DNA of 63,217 nt, counting the filler. It is 8 parts of 8 records of this genome, joined end to end, with 100 filler letters (N's around TTAATTAATTAA, not from the genome) between each part and the next. Parts side by side here need not be neighbours in the genome. Positions count along the whole stretch, not along the records: positions 14,239 to 25,655 come from SRR7504441_1216; positions 25,756 to 32,512 come from SRR7504441_1217; positions 32,613 to 41,224 come from SRR7504441_1227; 5 more parts are not named here. One strand, 5' to 3'. The position numbers were made by a program, and so were the translations under genes. This document shows, piece by piece, positions 23,850 through 35,739 of this stretch (its first letter is position 1; the number at the start of each line of letters is the position of its first letter). A model generated the notes under the pieces. It was not told the origin of the DNA and made no database searches. It was given only the letters and a program-made list of their open reading frames with translations.

Positions 23850-24997
23850 ATGGTATCTGATAGATTGAAGCTAGAGCGCCGACGTGCCAAATCTGAAAAG
23901 CCCAAACGAAAGCCATTGCATAAGCCCTTTCAGTCTGAACAAAAGTTGCTCCTATTCTTCGAAGGAGTGTTTTCTGCTGACCGCCACGAACGCAATGGCA
24001 AGCTGACCATAAACGAGTTGCAAACATTTCTGAAAGGCACCGCATATGAAGACTTTCTTGACTGGCTTCTAAAGGACCGAGCAAAACGTCTGAAATCAAA
24101 TGACACCAACAATGACGGTTCCCTGGATCGGCAAGAGACTTTGAAAGCAATAGCAGAATACCTCGCTGAACAAGCAGGGAGCGAAACAAGCCTTGACGAT
24201 CACGAGGATGTCGACGGCCAACTTGGGATCGCTGATCTCGACGGCGCCACAATTTAGGCAAGGAAGCTGTGAAGGTAATGGAGTCAATGCCCCCTGCTGC
24301 TGTGGCCGCACTCGTTTTATCACACCTCATGGAGATAGAGGTAATGCGCAATAAGTCACAGGAAACACAGCCAAGGCAGCTCTATTCAGAAAAGGGGCCA
24401 CCAACGATGAGCCTACACGGGCTTCAAACTCGGTATCTGTGGGATGGATTCCCATCATCTACGCAGCAGCTTTTGACATTGGAGCAGGCAGGGCTTCCTC
24501 GACCCGAGGGGCGAGTAGCACTTGAACAGGAACAGCACTCGAACTCTGAATCACCTAGTACGTCTTCAATTGTACAAGCTGTACTGTCCATGTCGACAAT
24601 TCAACCGATAGATGAGGATGACGACGATGAAATGGAATTTCGGCGACTCCTGCAGCAGAACGCGGAAGATGTGCAAGAAGAATTGGCTGTGATCAGCAGA
24701 ATTGAAGAGAAAGAAGATACAGAGTCAGTAGTAAATGCGGTGCTGGATCACATGCTTTCTCCCGAGGCTGTATCGACTTCTCGGTCGTCGTCATCAGAAA
24801 GCTACAATGATTGTTCAGGCGGGGTTGGCAGCTCGAGCATCGTGGATCATGTGCTGCAGCAGTTAATGGCAGATGAAGAAGCGGAGGACTTGCACGATGG
24901 TCTGCCTTCGCCACAGCAAGTCTTGTCCCAGTCCATCCGAGATGCTGTCCTCGAGGCAGAGCGAAGCGCAGCGGCAATAGCATCATGGTCACCCTAA
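23850..24997 (+). CDS. EF-hand protein with acidic, repetitive C-terminus
   Basis: DTNNDGSLDRQE canonical EF loop and RNGKLTINEL degenerate loop; GC-AG intron 24217-24257 joins the two ORFs; repeated S(I/V)VxxVLxxM motif. Confidence 0.7.
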
Positions 24998-25165
24998 TTG
25001 ACACAATTCATGTACAAAGTATACATGTAATATTAATGAATTGTATTCGAGTTAAAAATCAGTACACTGCAGTGTACGTAATGCAATACAATTACGTGTA
25101 ACATGCTTGTGCATGATTTGACCATCTTGCTTGAGGTAGAGAGTGCCAACTATTTAAATCAAGAC

Positions 25166-25655
25166 TTACATTTGCTCCTCGAATGCATCCTCCCCCGCAG
25201 CTGCTTCTTCGATATTTGCTTTGTCTTGCTCGGCAGCCTTTCTTGTAAACCAACCGTTCTTCATTGCTGCTTGATTCTTGGACCAACCGAGGGAGCCAGC
25301 AACGCGCTCATGCTCGGTCTCGGCCTGGTTAGTAAACTGAGCCACATCAATATCTTGGTTCCCCTTGTAGACATCCTCATAGCTCATATTATTGTTCTCA
25401 GGCTTCTTCTCCTTCCAGGCTTTGCCACCATCCACATGCACAGTCGTATTGAGGCTCAACACAACTGTCTTCTGCCCATCAGGTCCGCACGGGAAAAGAT
25501 CCGCTCGGACAGCGTCCTTTTCGAGCACTAGTCCCTCAGCCGAGTCATCGCACACATTGTACAAGACCAGCCCCCTGCCCTTCACCCGCTTTGCTGTCAC
25601 GTTCACCAGGATCGAGTCCTCTACTTCCAGATGCTCCACGCGGCACTTGGCCACC
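25166..25655 (-). CDS. C-terminal fragment of a globular protein of unknown function
   Basis: Open from the contig edge to TAA 25166; composition typical of a folded domain. Confidence 0.6.
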
Positions 25656-26271
25656 NNNNNNNNNNNNNNNNNNNNNNNNNNNNNNNNNNNNNNNNNNNNT
25701 TAATTAATTAANNNNNNNNNNNNNNNNNNNNNNNNNNNNNNNNNNNNNNNNNNNNTCAAGCACCCTCGACAGCGCGCACTACGCTGACCGGGTGGATGGC
25801 AACTGCTGCTACTGTGGCGCTTGTCTCTCTTATGCTGGCAGTGCCTCCGGCTCTGGCTCCGGCATGTAGCTACTGACCACTAACGGTAGAAATGGACGGT
25901 GAGACTGGACGGTGAGCACCGGGATACCCCCCCGCTACTGGACGAGCTCATCTAGACGACCCAGAGGAAGGGCTAGAACATTGAAGATGTCGACCATGAT
26001 CATGGCTATCACGTTTATGCGGATTATGAAATAAACTCAATTTATTCATTAGTACTTGGACAGTCTAAATAATTATTTCATGAGCACTGTGTGTACGGAT
26101 AATGCGTCATTATTGGTTATTTTGCCAATCTCCATATGATTGATATCAAGCTTATAATTGACTTGTGAATATGAATTAATGTACATTGAACGGTCGAGTC
26201 CCCAAGTCTGCGTTAGAAGGAGTAAGAAGGAGCTGAAGCAATAGCAGCATACGGCCTCGAGCTGGCCTTCT

Positions 26272-27458
26272 CTAGGCCGTGATCTCCACATCAGCGCAAT
26301 TCTGCCAGATTTGGTTGGTCTGCTCGCAATCCCTGCCCACACACCGTCAGCGCTCCTGCCAGCCCACACAGCCCACCAGCGCCACGAGAGCAGGTACTTG
26401 CCCGGCTCCAGCTCGGCCGGCACCGCGACTCGGTCAACAATGTTGGTCGCTATCATCGTGGCGTTGGAGCAGCTTGCGCCGGGAGAGTCTGCCAGCCTGG
26501 CACCACACCACTTCCAAGTCGACCACAGCCCACTCATCCCGGCCACCGGCTCCGCGAACTGCAGGTGGCCAGCCGGGCAGCTGCCGGGCAACCCGTTACC
26601 AGCGCACCCGGCCACGCAGTCCTGTGCGCGCCACCAGGTTTCGTTTATCCGTGGATGTCTGGGCGCCGGCACCTTGGCCGGGTCGTGGCAGCAGCCGGCG
26701 CAGTCCCCGGGGCAGCTGGGCCAGCCGAAGTCGGCCCCGGTGTACTTGCAGGCCGGGATGGGCACGCGGGCCCACTGGCTGCCTGCAGGAGTGGTGCCCT
26801 CGGAGATTGTCACGCGCCGGATGGGCAGCCTGGTCTTGCTCGGCTCCAGCTGCAGCCACTGAAGCTCGCCGTCAAACGCCAGGTGCCCCCGCTGGAAGCA
26901 GGCCTCGTCCACCAGGCCCTCCTGACGGCACAGCCGGAAGCTGTACCCGCCGCCGTGGTTCGCGTTGTTCGCCCACGCTACCTCCTGCACTGACCCGCGC
27001 CGCCACACCGCGGGGGGGAGCGGGGGCAGCTCCAGCCCGTCCATGTTCTGGATCAGCCCGAACTCGCGCGCCGTCCCCCCGTCCATCTCCCGGAGCGGCC
27101 CGCCGCCGGCCCTGCCGCAGCCAGACCCGAGCACTCCGGCCGAGCCTGGCGCCCGCCAGGGTGAGGTGCGCGTGTAGTCGGCGGGGCCACTCGAGACGTT
27201 GACGTTGTATGTCCGGAGCCGGGGCTGGTTGAGTGTGGGCGGGCCCGGGATCCGGGCGGTCCGGTCGGCCTCGGGGTGAGAGTAATCGGCATCCGGCTGG
27301 GAGAACCACATGCACTCGCCCTTGAGGCAGTCGGCTGCTTTGGACATGGATCCCCCGTTACGGGAAGCCGGGAGCGTCAGGTGGCCGTGCCCGAGGCAGC
27401 CGGCCGCCATCGAGAGCCACACGAGCAGGCCGCCAGGGAGGCTGCAAGACCTGGACAT
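26272..27458 (-). CDS. Secreted LPMO-like copper protein (His brace)
   Basis: Signal peptide then HGHLTLPASRN; NHGGGYSFRLC; intron 26333-26376 restores WRWDCEQTNQIWQNCADVEITA*. Confidence 0.85.
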
Positions 27459-27610
27459 TCCTTCAGAGCAAAATAACGGAAACTCAATAAATGTTCGTTC
27501 AGACATGTCGATCTGAAGTGTCTCGCCGCTTAGCAACGCAGCCGCAGTAGTCCCGCTCCGCGCCACGCCGTAGTGGGACTGCTCCCCAAGACTGCAGGCG
27601 CCTCTCGCCG

Positions 27611-29206
27611 ATGGAAGACACGGCTGAGAGCGATGCGGCCGGCCTCAGCGACACTGAGTACCGCAGTGCAGCCTCCTGGCCGCTCACCGACACCGAGGAG
27701 ACCGCCCGGACCTCCACGCTCTCCACCGGGCCACTCGCCGACCCGCCGACTCCCCGCGGCGAGTGCGATTCGCGCACAGTGCTCCGTGCGCACAAGGGGG
27801 GGACGCGGGATCGGCTGGGGCTGGTGGTCCAGACCACGGTGGCGCCGCTGCTGGGCTCGCTCGGCTGTGCCAGCGCGTTCATGCTGCTGCCGGCCCGGAC
27901 GGCGGCGGGGGCGCAGTTCTGGGTTGTGGAGCTGGTTCACTACCTGCTCTGGAGCAGCTGCTGCGCGCTGGGGACGGTCATGTACTTGGACGCGGTGGCG
28001 CCGGTCACGGACAACAGGCTAGTGCTGGGGGCGGTGGCCGCGGGCGCCGTGTCCTGTCCCGGATTCTGGCTGGTCCGGCTGGCAGTGACGGGCAGCTGGG
28101 CGTACGATCACCAGAATCTTGCTTACAATTACGTGATTCTGGTCGCGATTGCAGTGCCACTGACCATCTGGCTCGTAGCTGGCTCTCAGCTGCAACAGTG
28201 GCAGCCGCCAGCTGCGCTCACCGTGGGCTTGCTCCCCAGCCCCGTCCGGGATCCGCTCGCCCCAGACGGTCCCGCCAGCCAAGCCCGGGATAGCGACGTC
28301 GGGCTGATCATCAGCTCAGGGCGGCTGCAGTCTCCAGTCAAACTGTATGAGCCGTGGATAGTCCAGGCGCGCATAGGCTGCTGTGTGGTGATCTTCTGGG
28401 GCGGGGTGTACACCACTCTGGCCACGTTCATGAAGCTGTTCGAGCAGCAGGGTGAGCTGACAATGCTAGGCTTCGGGCTCTGGTACGCTGGCTTCCAAGT
28501 AGTATGTCAAGCGTTTAAGACAGCTGGCAAGCGCTTGGGCGTGATGGCCGACTCGGGCAAGGTGGGCACCTTCTCGCTCTACTTTGCAATGGAGTTCCTA
28601 GTCACCCTGTTCTACTATACGTTCTACCGGACCTTGTTCGATAAGATTCTCTCTTATTGGATATTCGCACTGCTGCAGGCGCTGCACTTGTCCGGCGAGT
28701 GGCTGTTTTATCCTTTCAAGGCGACGGAAATCTTCTGGCGACGGTACAAGCGGATGGACGAAGACTCGGCCGGCTCGGTGCGCAGGGTGCTCAGGCTGGT
28801 GGTGCTCGCGCCGGGGGTGGAGACGAGGCAGGATCTGCAGCATGTAGTCGCGATGGAGCTGGCTCTCCGTGCCATCTGCTCGGTGTTCAGTGCATTGAGT
28901 ATGATTCTGATTGTGCTGCTCACTGATCACGGACCGCTGTACGTGAAACATCAGTTCATGGAGGTGGACCTGGGAAATGGCGGTGATGTGCAGTTCCTTG
29001 TGCTGGTCTCGATTGCGGTGGTGATGGAGGGATTGAACATGTTCTTGATGGATCGCTTGTTCTTCGCGCCTCGCGGAGTGCCTGTGTTCACCACAGCTAG
29101 TCTGAAGCACTTTGGGCTCCGACGGTGTGCGTTCAACCTCTTTGGGGTGAGCACCACTTTGCTTATCAATCTCATTTACCCAAAGCTACAACTCGACAGT
29201 AGTTAG
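27611..29206 (+). CDS. Multi-pass membrane protein, unknown family
   Basis: 531-aa uninterrupted ORF with about 10-11 hydrophobic segments. Confidence 0.75.
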   Translation: MEDTAESDAAGLSDTEYRSAASWPLTDTEETARTSTLSTGPLADPPTPRGECDSRTVLRAHKGGTRDRLGLVVQTTVAPLLGSLGCASAFMLLPARTAAGAQFWVVELVHYLLWSSCCALGTVMYLDAVAPVTDNRLVLGAVAAGAVSCPGFWLVRLAVTGSWAYDHQNLAYNYVILVAIAVPLTIWLVAGSQLQQWQPPAALTVGLLPSPVRDPLAPDGPASQARDSDVGLIISSGRLQSPVKLYEPWIVQARIGCCVVIFWGGVYTTLATFMKLFEQQGELTMLGFGLWYAGFQVVCQAFKTAGKRLGVMADSGKVGTFSLYFAMEFLVTLFYYTFYRTLFDKILSYWIFALLQALHLSGEWLFYPFKATEIFWRRYKRMDEDSAGSVRRVLRLVVLAPGVETRQDLQHVVAMELALRAICSVFSALSMILIVLLTDHGPLYVKHQFMEVDLGNGGDVQFLVLVSIAVVMEGLNMFLMDRLFFAPRGVPVFTTASLKHFGLRRCAFNLFGVSTTLLINLIYPKLQLDSS

Positions 29207-29577
29207 ATCGCTTGGGTGCCTATAAATATACTATAAATAAATCAGGTACGGAATCAGACCATGGCGTACAGGTGGTAAGCGATTGTCCAGGGTGTAAATG
29301 GAGTGATGAACGGTGGTTAGACGGTGGTGTGGTGCTATATTAATAGTGTGGCGCAGGATTCCCTTTTGAACAGTGACCTTACACGATTGATAATTGAGGA
29401 TCTGGGTGGTAGCTGGCCATGGGTAGTTGGCGGGGGTGGGGGGAATGGCTTTAGGACGGTCCTCGTGATACACACACCCGCCCCTTGATGCAACACGCGC
29501 TGGTTTTGCTGACTTGGGGGGTCCTTTCTAGTGCATTTAATTGGGCTAACTCGCATTAAACTCCATGTGTCGTGGCT

Positions 29578-31503
29578 TCACGCGCCGGACAGTTGGTTAG
29601 CCGGCCGCTTGAACTGCCAATACGGCAAATCCTGCTGCTCCATGTCCATCCTCTTGTCCAGCTCCGGGTGGCTAAGCCAGTGCAAGAGCTCTCCTGCCTT
29701 CCGCCCCGTTTCGCCGCTTGCCAGCTGGGCCAGCTCGAGCTCGCGCACCGCGTGCTGCAGGTTGCTTCCGTCTATGTAGTTGCCAGATATGGCCACGAAA
29801 TTATCCAAGTTTCTCACCTGGTGCGGTGCCCCCGCCGGGATAAAGATAATCTCGCCCGGCCTCAGCAGGTGTTCCTCTGGCTCCACCGGCCAGCCTTGCT
29901 CGCTGAACCCATCCACTCCAAACCCTCCACGCAAATAGTCCGGCCGCAAGAGGCTGTCAGCAAGGGTCATTCTTCCACCAGGGGCTTACTCACTCGGCAT
30001 GCTCTGGTCTGAAGACTCGCCAGTGCTTTGTGCCTTTGAGCACTGCCATCCAGAAGTGGCTGCCTATAGAGTCTGTATGCAGCCCACAGCCTGACCCAGC
30101 CGAGCCCACAAACAGGGACGGCCACTGCTCGCGGTAGTGGTCCGGGTGTACTACTGGTATCCGCTGCATCAGGTCCTGTGCAAAGTACTTTGGGATGGTC
30201 AGCTGGCCAAGCAGATTTGGGCAGTACTTGGGTAGACCCCAGTCAAACAGCATCCACTCGCTCTCATTGGCTAGCCCCGCCACAAAGCTTTCCAGCCGCA
30301 TCCCTGCCGGCCGCTCATCCAGCTGGGCCCACCCGCTTGTGTTGGGTCTGTGCCTCCGGAGCACTACCTCGGAGCTGCCACACGCCTGCGCTATCGCTTT
30401 CTGATTCCACTCAGCAGGCCGCGGCCGGCAGCTGAGCACAACTGGTCGGCCTGGGACGGCATACTGACTATAGAACTCGGCCAGGCTCAGGTTACACCGC
30501 ACAGGGATTGGGCGGGCCGCGAATGTGGCCGGCTGGTTGGGTCGGCTCCGGTCTGCTGCCTTCTGCTTGGCACAGAGCGCAGCAGCGTACACCGATCCAT
30601 TGGCCCTGGGCAGAGCAGTTGCGGCCAGTTCGAACTGGGCACAGGCCGCCTCCTGCCGGTCGGCTGCCAGCAGGGCTGCTCCGTTGGCATAGAGTGTCTC
30701 AACCGCCTGCTCCTGCAGTCCGCTCCCGGGTGCCGCCACCGCCAGCACCCGCCGCAGCCACCCTAGCCCCTGCACCCGCTGTGACAGGCCGACCGACGGC
30801 CAGGGCACCTGCGCGTGCTCCTGGTCGGCGCTGGCGGCCTGGGCTAGGGTAAGCTCGGCCAGCGCCCGAGTGCCAGCCTTGGCCCCGAGCTCAATCGCCC
30901 GTTGCAGCATCGCACCGCCTTCCTTGGTCCGGTTGGCCGCCACCAGTTGCACTCCAAGGTCCACCATCGCGCTCACGTGTCCGGGGTCGCACGCCAGCGC
31001 CCAGCGGTACCCAGCCAGCCGCCCGCCGCCACCCCCCGCCGCAACCGCCAGATGCCTGCCCTCCGGTCGCCCGACCCCGACCATAGGTCGCACCGGGCGG
31101 CAGCCGCGTCCGGGCACGAGGTTCGGGCGAGCGCGGCGGTGCACAGATGCAGCGCCTGGTCCGGCTGGTCGGCATGCAGCAGCCGCTTGGCGAGGGAGAG
31201 CGCCGGGGAGCCGGTGGCCCGGTCGCCAGTTAGCATGAGAGGGCGCGGGAGCTCGGGGGGCGTCCGTGCCTCCGCCCCGTCCCGGTCCAACGCCCGCAGT
31301 GGGCCGCCTGCCCCGAGCCCCGCCTGCGCCATGACTGCACACCAAAGCACCACTTGTCGTCCTGAGCCACGCGACCAGGCGCTGCGGCGGGCGCGGCTCT
31401 GCGGTAACTCTGTTTTGCCCGGAGAGGGGTGGCCGGAGGGCGGACGGCTGAGGTTGGTGACGTCGTGCAGCAGTGCGGGTGCAGCAGGCCGGGGCTCGAG
31501 CAT
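29578..31503 (-). CDS. TPR + JmjC 2OG/Fe(II) oxygenase (JMJD4/6/8-like)
   Basis: TPR-like helices; WPSLFVG...GLHTD, GTKHW, PGEIIFIPAGAPHQVRN; 40-nt intron near 29956-29995; 5' exon structure uncertain. Confidence 0.8.
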
Positions 31504-31580
31504 GCCCCCCCCCTCAGTGGGCGCTGCCACACGCCCCACACCAGTCAGCTGACAGTGTGTGCTGCACCCGAGCAACGGAA

Positions 31581-31696
31581 AATCGGGCACAATCGGGCAC
31601 TTTCGGGCCCTATTCAAGGCCTGGGTTAGGTCCATTTTCATAATCAACCAACGGATTATCGGCACAATCGGGCACAATCGGGCACAATCGGGCACC
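31581..31696. repeat. AATCGGGCAC decamer arrays upstream of the JmjC gene
   Basis: Two copies plus a variant at 31581-31608 and about four at 31658-31696. Confidence 0.85.
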
Positions 31697-31939
31697 GCCG
31701 TTAAATTCTGAGAGGAAGACGTCAACGGACACCTGCCGAAAAACGGCAAGTGTCCGTTAAAAAATCTGCGACCAGTATAGCGCCACAAGAGAGCTTGGGC
31801 CACTGTGAGGACAGGCTAGGAGCTACAGCCGAGCAGCAGGCCGTGGCCCGACAGAATGGCGGAGCTCAACTCCACCAGGGACGGGCCGACCGCCAAACCG
31901 ACCTGGTTCGCCCGATCCAGACCCAAGCTGAGCCAGGAG

Positions 31940-32512
31940 GAGAGGGTCTCCAGGGCTGCAGCCTAAAGATGGCTTTATGCTGACGTGCTCTATCCTCGTC
32001 AAAGTACGCGTCTGCTCTGTGGCATTCGCTGACAGGCCTGCACTGCTTTAGGACCTCAAATTTAAGCTGAAAATCAAAGACGTGGTAGCTCGCCGTATAA
32101 AGGACACAAACACCACCAATGGTATGGAACACCTCCCTTTTTTACGATACGGTTTCCGCAGGCTTTCAGGAGATTCTTAGGAAAAAGGGGAGCGAGCAAT
32201 TACTTTCTCGAGGTGTTCCTGCGTCATTTGATCCTCGAGTGGTTTTAGACATTGTGCACCACCTCAAAAATGAGATACCAACGGCTGCTTCGCACAGGCG
32301 GAAACGACTGTACCACGGGTGCCAGCTTTGATTTTGACTGCATTGGTCTCAACTCCAGCCTCACTGGCAATGATTGAGGTCAGAAGCGATGCGTGTGTGA
32401 TGCTAGCTTTAGTCTTCTGGCAGTTGGTCTCTCGTACATGGCGATTGCATGCGTCTTGGGTAAGAGACATACTCTGGAAGAGCGGACACCCAACGGACAC
32501 CCAACAGACACC
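31940..32512 (+). CDS. Hypothetical spliced gene, partial
   Basis: Short GT-AG introns join ...CSILVK/DLKFKLKIKD...NG/FQEILRKKG; ends not resolved. Confidence 0.35.
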
Positions 32513-32612
32513 NNNNNNNNNNNNNNNNNNNNNNNNNNNNNNNNNNNNNNNNNNNNTTAATTAATTAANNNNNNNNNNNNNNNNNNNNNNNNNNNNNNNN
32601 NNNNNNNNNNNN

Positions 32613-35348
32613 AGCTTTGATGCAGGAGCTTGAGGCAGCTGAACTGCGGGACCAGATCCAGGCAGCCGAGCAAGAGCAGAGTGCTGGCGGGGCTAAGTCT
32701 GAAGAGGTCGAAGAGGCGAACCAAGCTCTGCAGCAGGAGATCGAGGGATTGCAGCAGCAAGTATCGGATCTGCGAAGCAAGAATGACTCGTTCGAGGAAG
32801 ATGCGTCTCAGGCGCGGACTGAGCTTGCTTCAGCCATGCAGGAAGTGGCCAAGACACACGAAGAGCTCAAACAATTGCAAGCCGAAGCCGACCAGCTGCG
32901 TGAGAACCAGGAGAACGAGGCGCCAGTGGAGATTGAGACTTCTCACCTCGCACCAGAGGTCAAGCTCCTGCAGCAGAAGAACAACCAATTGCTTGCTAAG
33001 CGGAAGAAGCAGGAAGAAACCATCTGCTCGCTGCGCAAGCAACTCAAAGAGCTCAAACAAGGCTCGAACGCCGGTGCTGTGGAGGACGTGACTGCGCTCA
33101 CCACCCAAGTCGATCAACTGCGTGAGAAGCTGAACGCTGCCGAAATCGAGATCCAGAAGAAGCAGGCCGCCATGGACGTGCCCCAGAGCCCTTGCATCGA
33201 CGTGCGTGCACTCACTCGTCTGCAAAGCGAGCTCGAGGAGGCCAGCCATGAGATTGAATGTCGCGATTCCACAATTGCACTGCTTGAGCAAAAGGTTGCT
33301 GAGGCTGAGGAACTGTGCGGATCGCACCAGCTCGCCGCGGAGGCAAGTGCAGAGGAGCTTGCATCTATGAAAGACGAATCGGTTGAACTGCAGGATCAGC
33401 TCCGTGCTGCCCAAGAAAGGCTCGAGGGCTTCGAAAACACGCAAGAGGATCTTGCAGAGACTCTCGTGCGGATTAGCGAGAAGGAAGCAAGGCTTGACAA
33501 GGCCAGCAAGCAAATGGAGGGTGATATCGCAAAGCTGCGGGCCGAGAACAATATGATTACCTCTCAGAGTGCCAACAACCAGAACGACCTGGAGAAGGCG
33601 CAGGACTTGGCATCAGAGTGGAAGGACAACGGAGAGACCTGGCGACAGCGGTGCACTACTCTCGAGGCCCAATTCAACATGCTCCAAGAGACTGCCGAGG
33701 CTGATAAGAAGAACTACAAAGAAACGTTCGACCGCACTCTTCAGCTGCAGGAAGAGAAGTGTCAGGTGGCAATGGAGCTCCAGACCAAGGCCCAGGAGGC
33801 ACTGCTTGCTGAGCAGCGCAATGCAACTCTTGAGGAGCAACTCACAGCAGTGCAGCAGCAGGTGACTGATAAAGAAGTGGAACTGCGAGTGGCTCTGTCC
33901 AAGCTCGAGGAGACCAGTGCTGCTCTGAACAGTGCAGAGGAAGAGCTTGCAGCAGCTAGGGCGACCAACAAGGAGTTGGCGGAGGAGAAGCTGACCGCAC
34001 TCGAGGCAGACTTGGAGCGCACACTCGGGGAGAAGCAGTCTCTGGAGCAGCAAGTTGAGAGGCTTGAGGCTGAAGTGTCCGTGCTGCAGTCTGACTTGCA
34101 GAGTGAGAAGAACCATGCTGCCAAGCAGGAGCTGGAGCTGCTCAATGCTGCCGGCCAGATGCAAGAGCAGAGCGAGTCTGAGCGCAATCAACTCATGGCT
34201 GAACTGCAGGCTGCTCAGGAGAAGACGTCTGAGGAGCAAGAGCGGGCCATCGAGGAGGCTAAGGTGCAGACCAAGCTCGAATGCGAACTCAAAGAAACAA
34301 AGGCTCTGCTCCAGGCGGCTCAGGGTCAACACCAGGACTCTAGTGCCACCATCGATCAGCAGAAGGCGGCTCTCGAGGAGCTTCAGAGCCAAGGAGGCGA
34401 GCTGGGCGCCAAGCTGAAGGAGCAGAGCTGCAAGAACCAGCAGCTCCGGGCCGCATTGTCATCGACTCAGGATGAGCTGGCAGAGCTGAACGCCTCTTCC
34501 ACTGCTACAGCGTTCAAGATGAGCAAACAGGTATCCGAATTGCAGGCTTCGTTGCACAAGAGCTCGCAAGAGAACGCGGCGCTCCATGACCATCTGGAGC
34601 AGACCCAAGGGGAAGTGCAGGCGCTCAAATCCGACAAGCACCGCTTGCTCCAAGTAGAGGAGCAACTTGTGCTGAAGGCGGACAAATTGACTAGGGATGG
34701 TGAGGAGACACAGGCCAAGACAGAGGACGAGGCTCACATGGCCGGTGTGAACCTCAAGCGGATGCAAGGGCAGCTGCGCGATTTCAAAAAGGACAAGGAG
34801 CAGATGCAGCAGGAGATCGACGAGCTCAAAGCGAAGCTTGCGGAGGCCAATGTGCAGCAGAAGGTCAACCCAGTTCGCGCTCTGATGGGCAACGCAGTGG
34901 AGTCTGAGAAAGAAATGACAAAGGACCAGATGCGTAAGCTCAAGGAGGAGCTCGAGACGACGACCATGCAGCTGACTTCTGAGACCAACAAGCGGTTGGG
35001 GCTGGAGCGTGAGGTCGCCAAGCTCAAAAAGGTAGACCAACTCGATAGCTGATCCGTCTGAGCAGGTTTGTCAGGTGGGAGGTGTTGGTCGGCGGCGTGG
35101 TGCTGTGCTCGACCCCGTGCCTACGAATTGTCCGGAGAACGAGTCAAATAGTGAGGAGGCTTTGGAGGGTATGCAGCCGGTGCCGGTGCGGAGGTCTTTG
35201 CGGAATGCCAAAAAGATGGCTGCAGTTGGTGGACAGGCCCCAGCAGCTGAGGTGACCCCCCCGCAAGTTCCTGTGTGTGAGATTGTGCGTGCTGACATTA
35301 CAGGCTGCTGTGGCAAATGGCGAGGGAGAGAATTGCAAGCAGCAATGA
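32613..35348 (+). CDS. Long coiled-coil protein, 5'-partial, ending in CaaX-like CKQQ
   Basis: >800 aa of heptads; introns 35032-35074 and 35252-35303 give ...GEGENCKQQ*. Confidence 0.8.
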
Positions 35349-35739
35349 ATTATACTATCGAGTACATTTTAGCTAGTTGCCACATTGGTGGAACACTGTA
35401 GAGTAACACAGATTTGCACAAATTGGAACCACACACCATCATACACACAATTGATTCGACTTCACGTGAGCGGCTCAACTCTATGTGTGTGGATATACGA
35501 GTAGTGTGTGGCCCCTTTTATACCATCAATTGATGTTTACTTCTTGATTCTTGAAGTAAAAATCAATTCATACGTACAAAAAATAACAACTGTTACAAAA
35601 TGCCATGTACCTGTACTGTATACTTGTACGTAATTATGCATGTAATGAGAGCTGCGGTTAATAAATTAATTAAGCTGTTAATTAAGCTGCGGTTATCGAG
35701 AGCCGGTAAACTATGAAGCACCGCAGGATTACCACAAGA

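Noticed and set aside
31581-31696. Possible CRISPR array or telomeric repeat
   Set aside because: 10-bp units with no unique spacers, internal location, no cas genes, eukaryotic context
32830-35040. Long antisense Leu-rich ORFs
   Set aside because: Shadows of the E/Q/K-rich sense coiled coil; the same applies to most overlapping GC-rich ORFs
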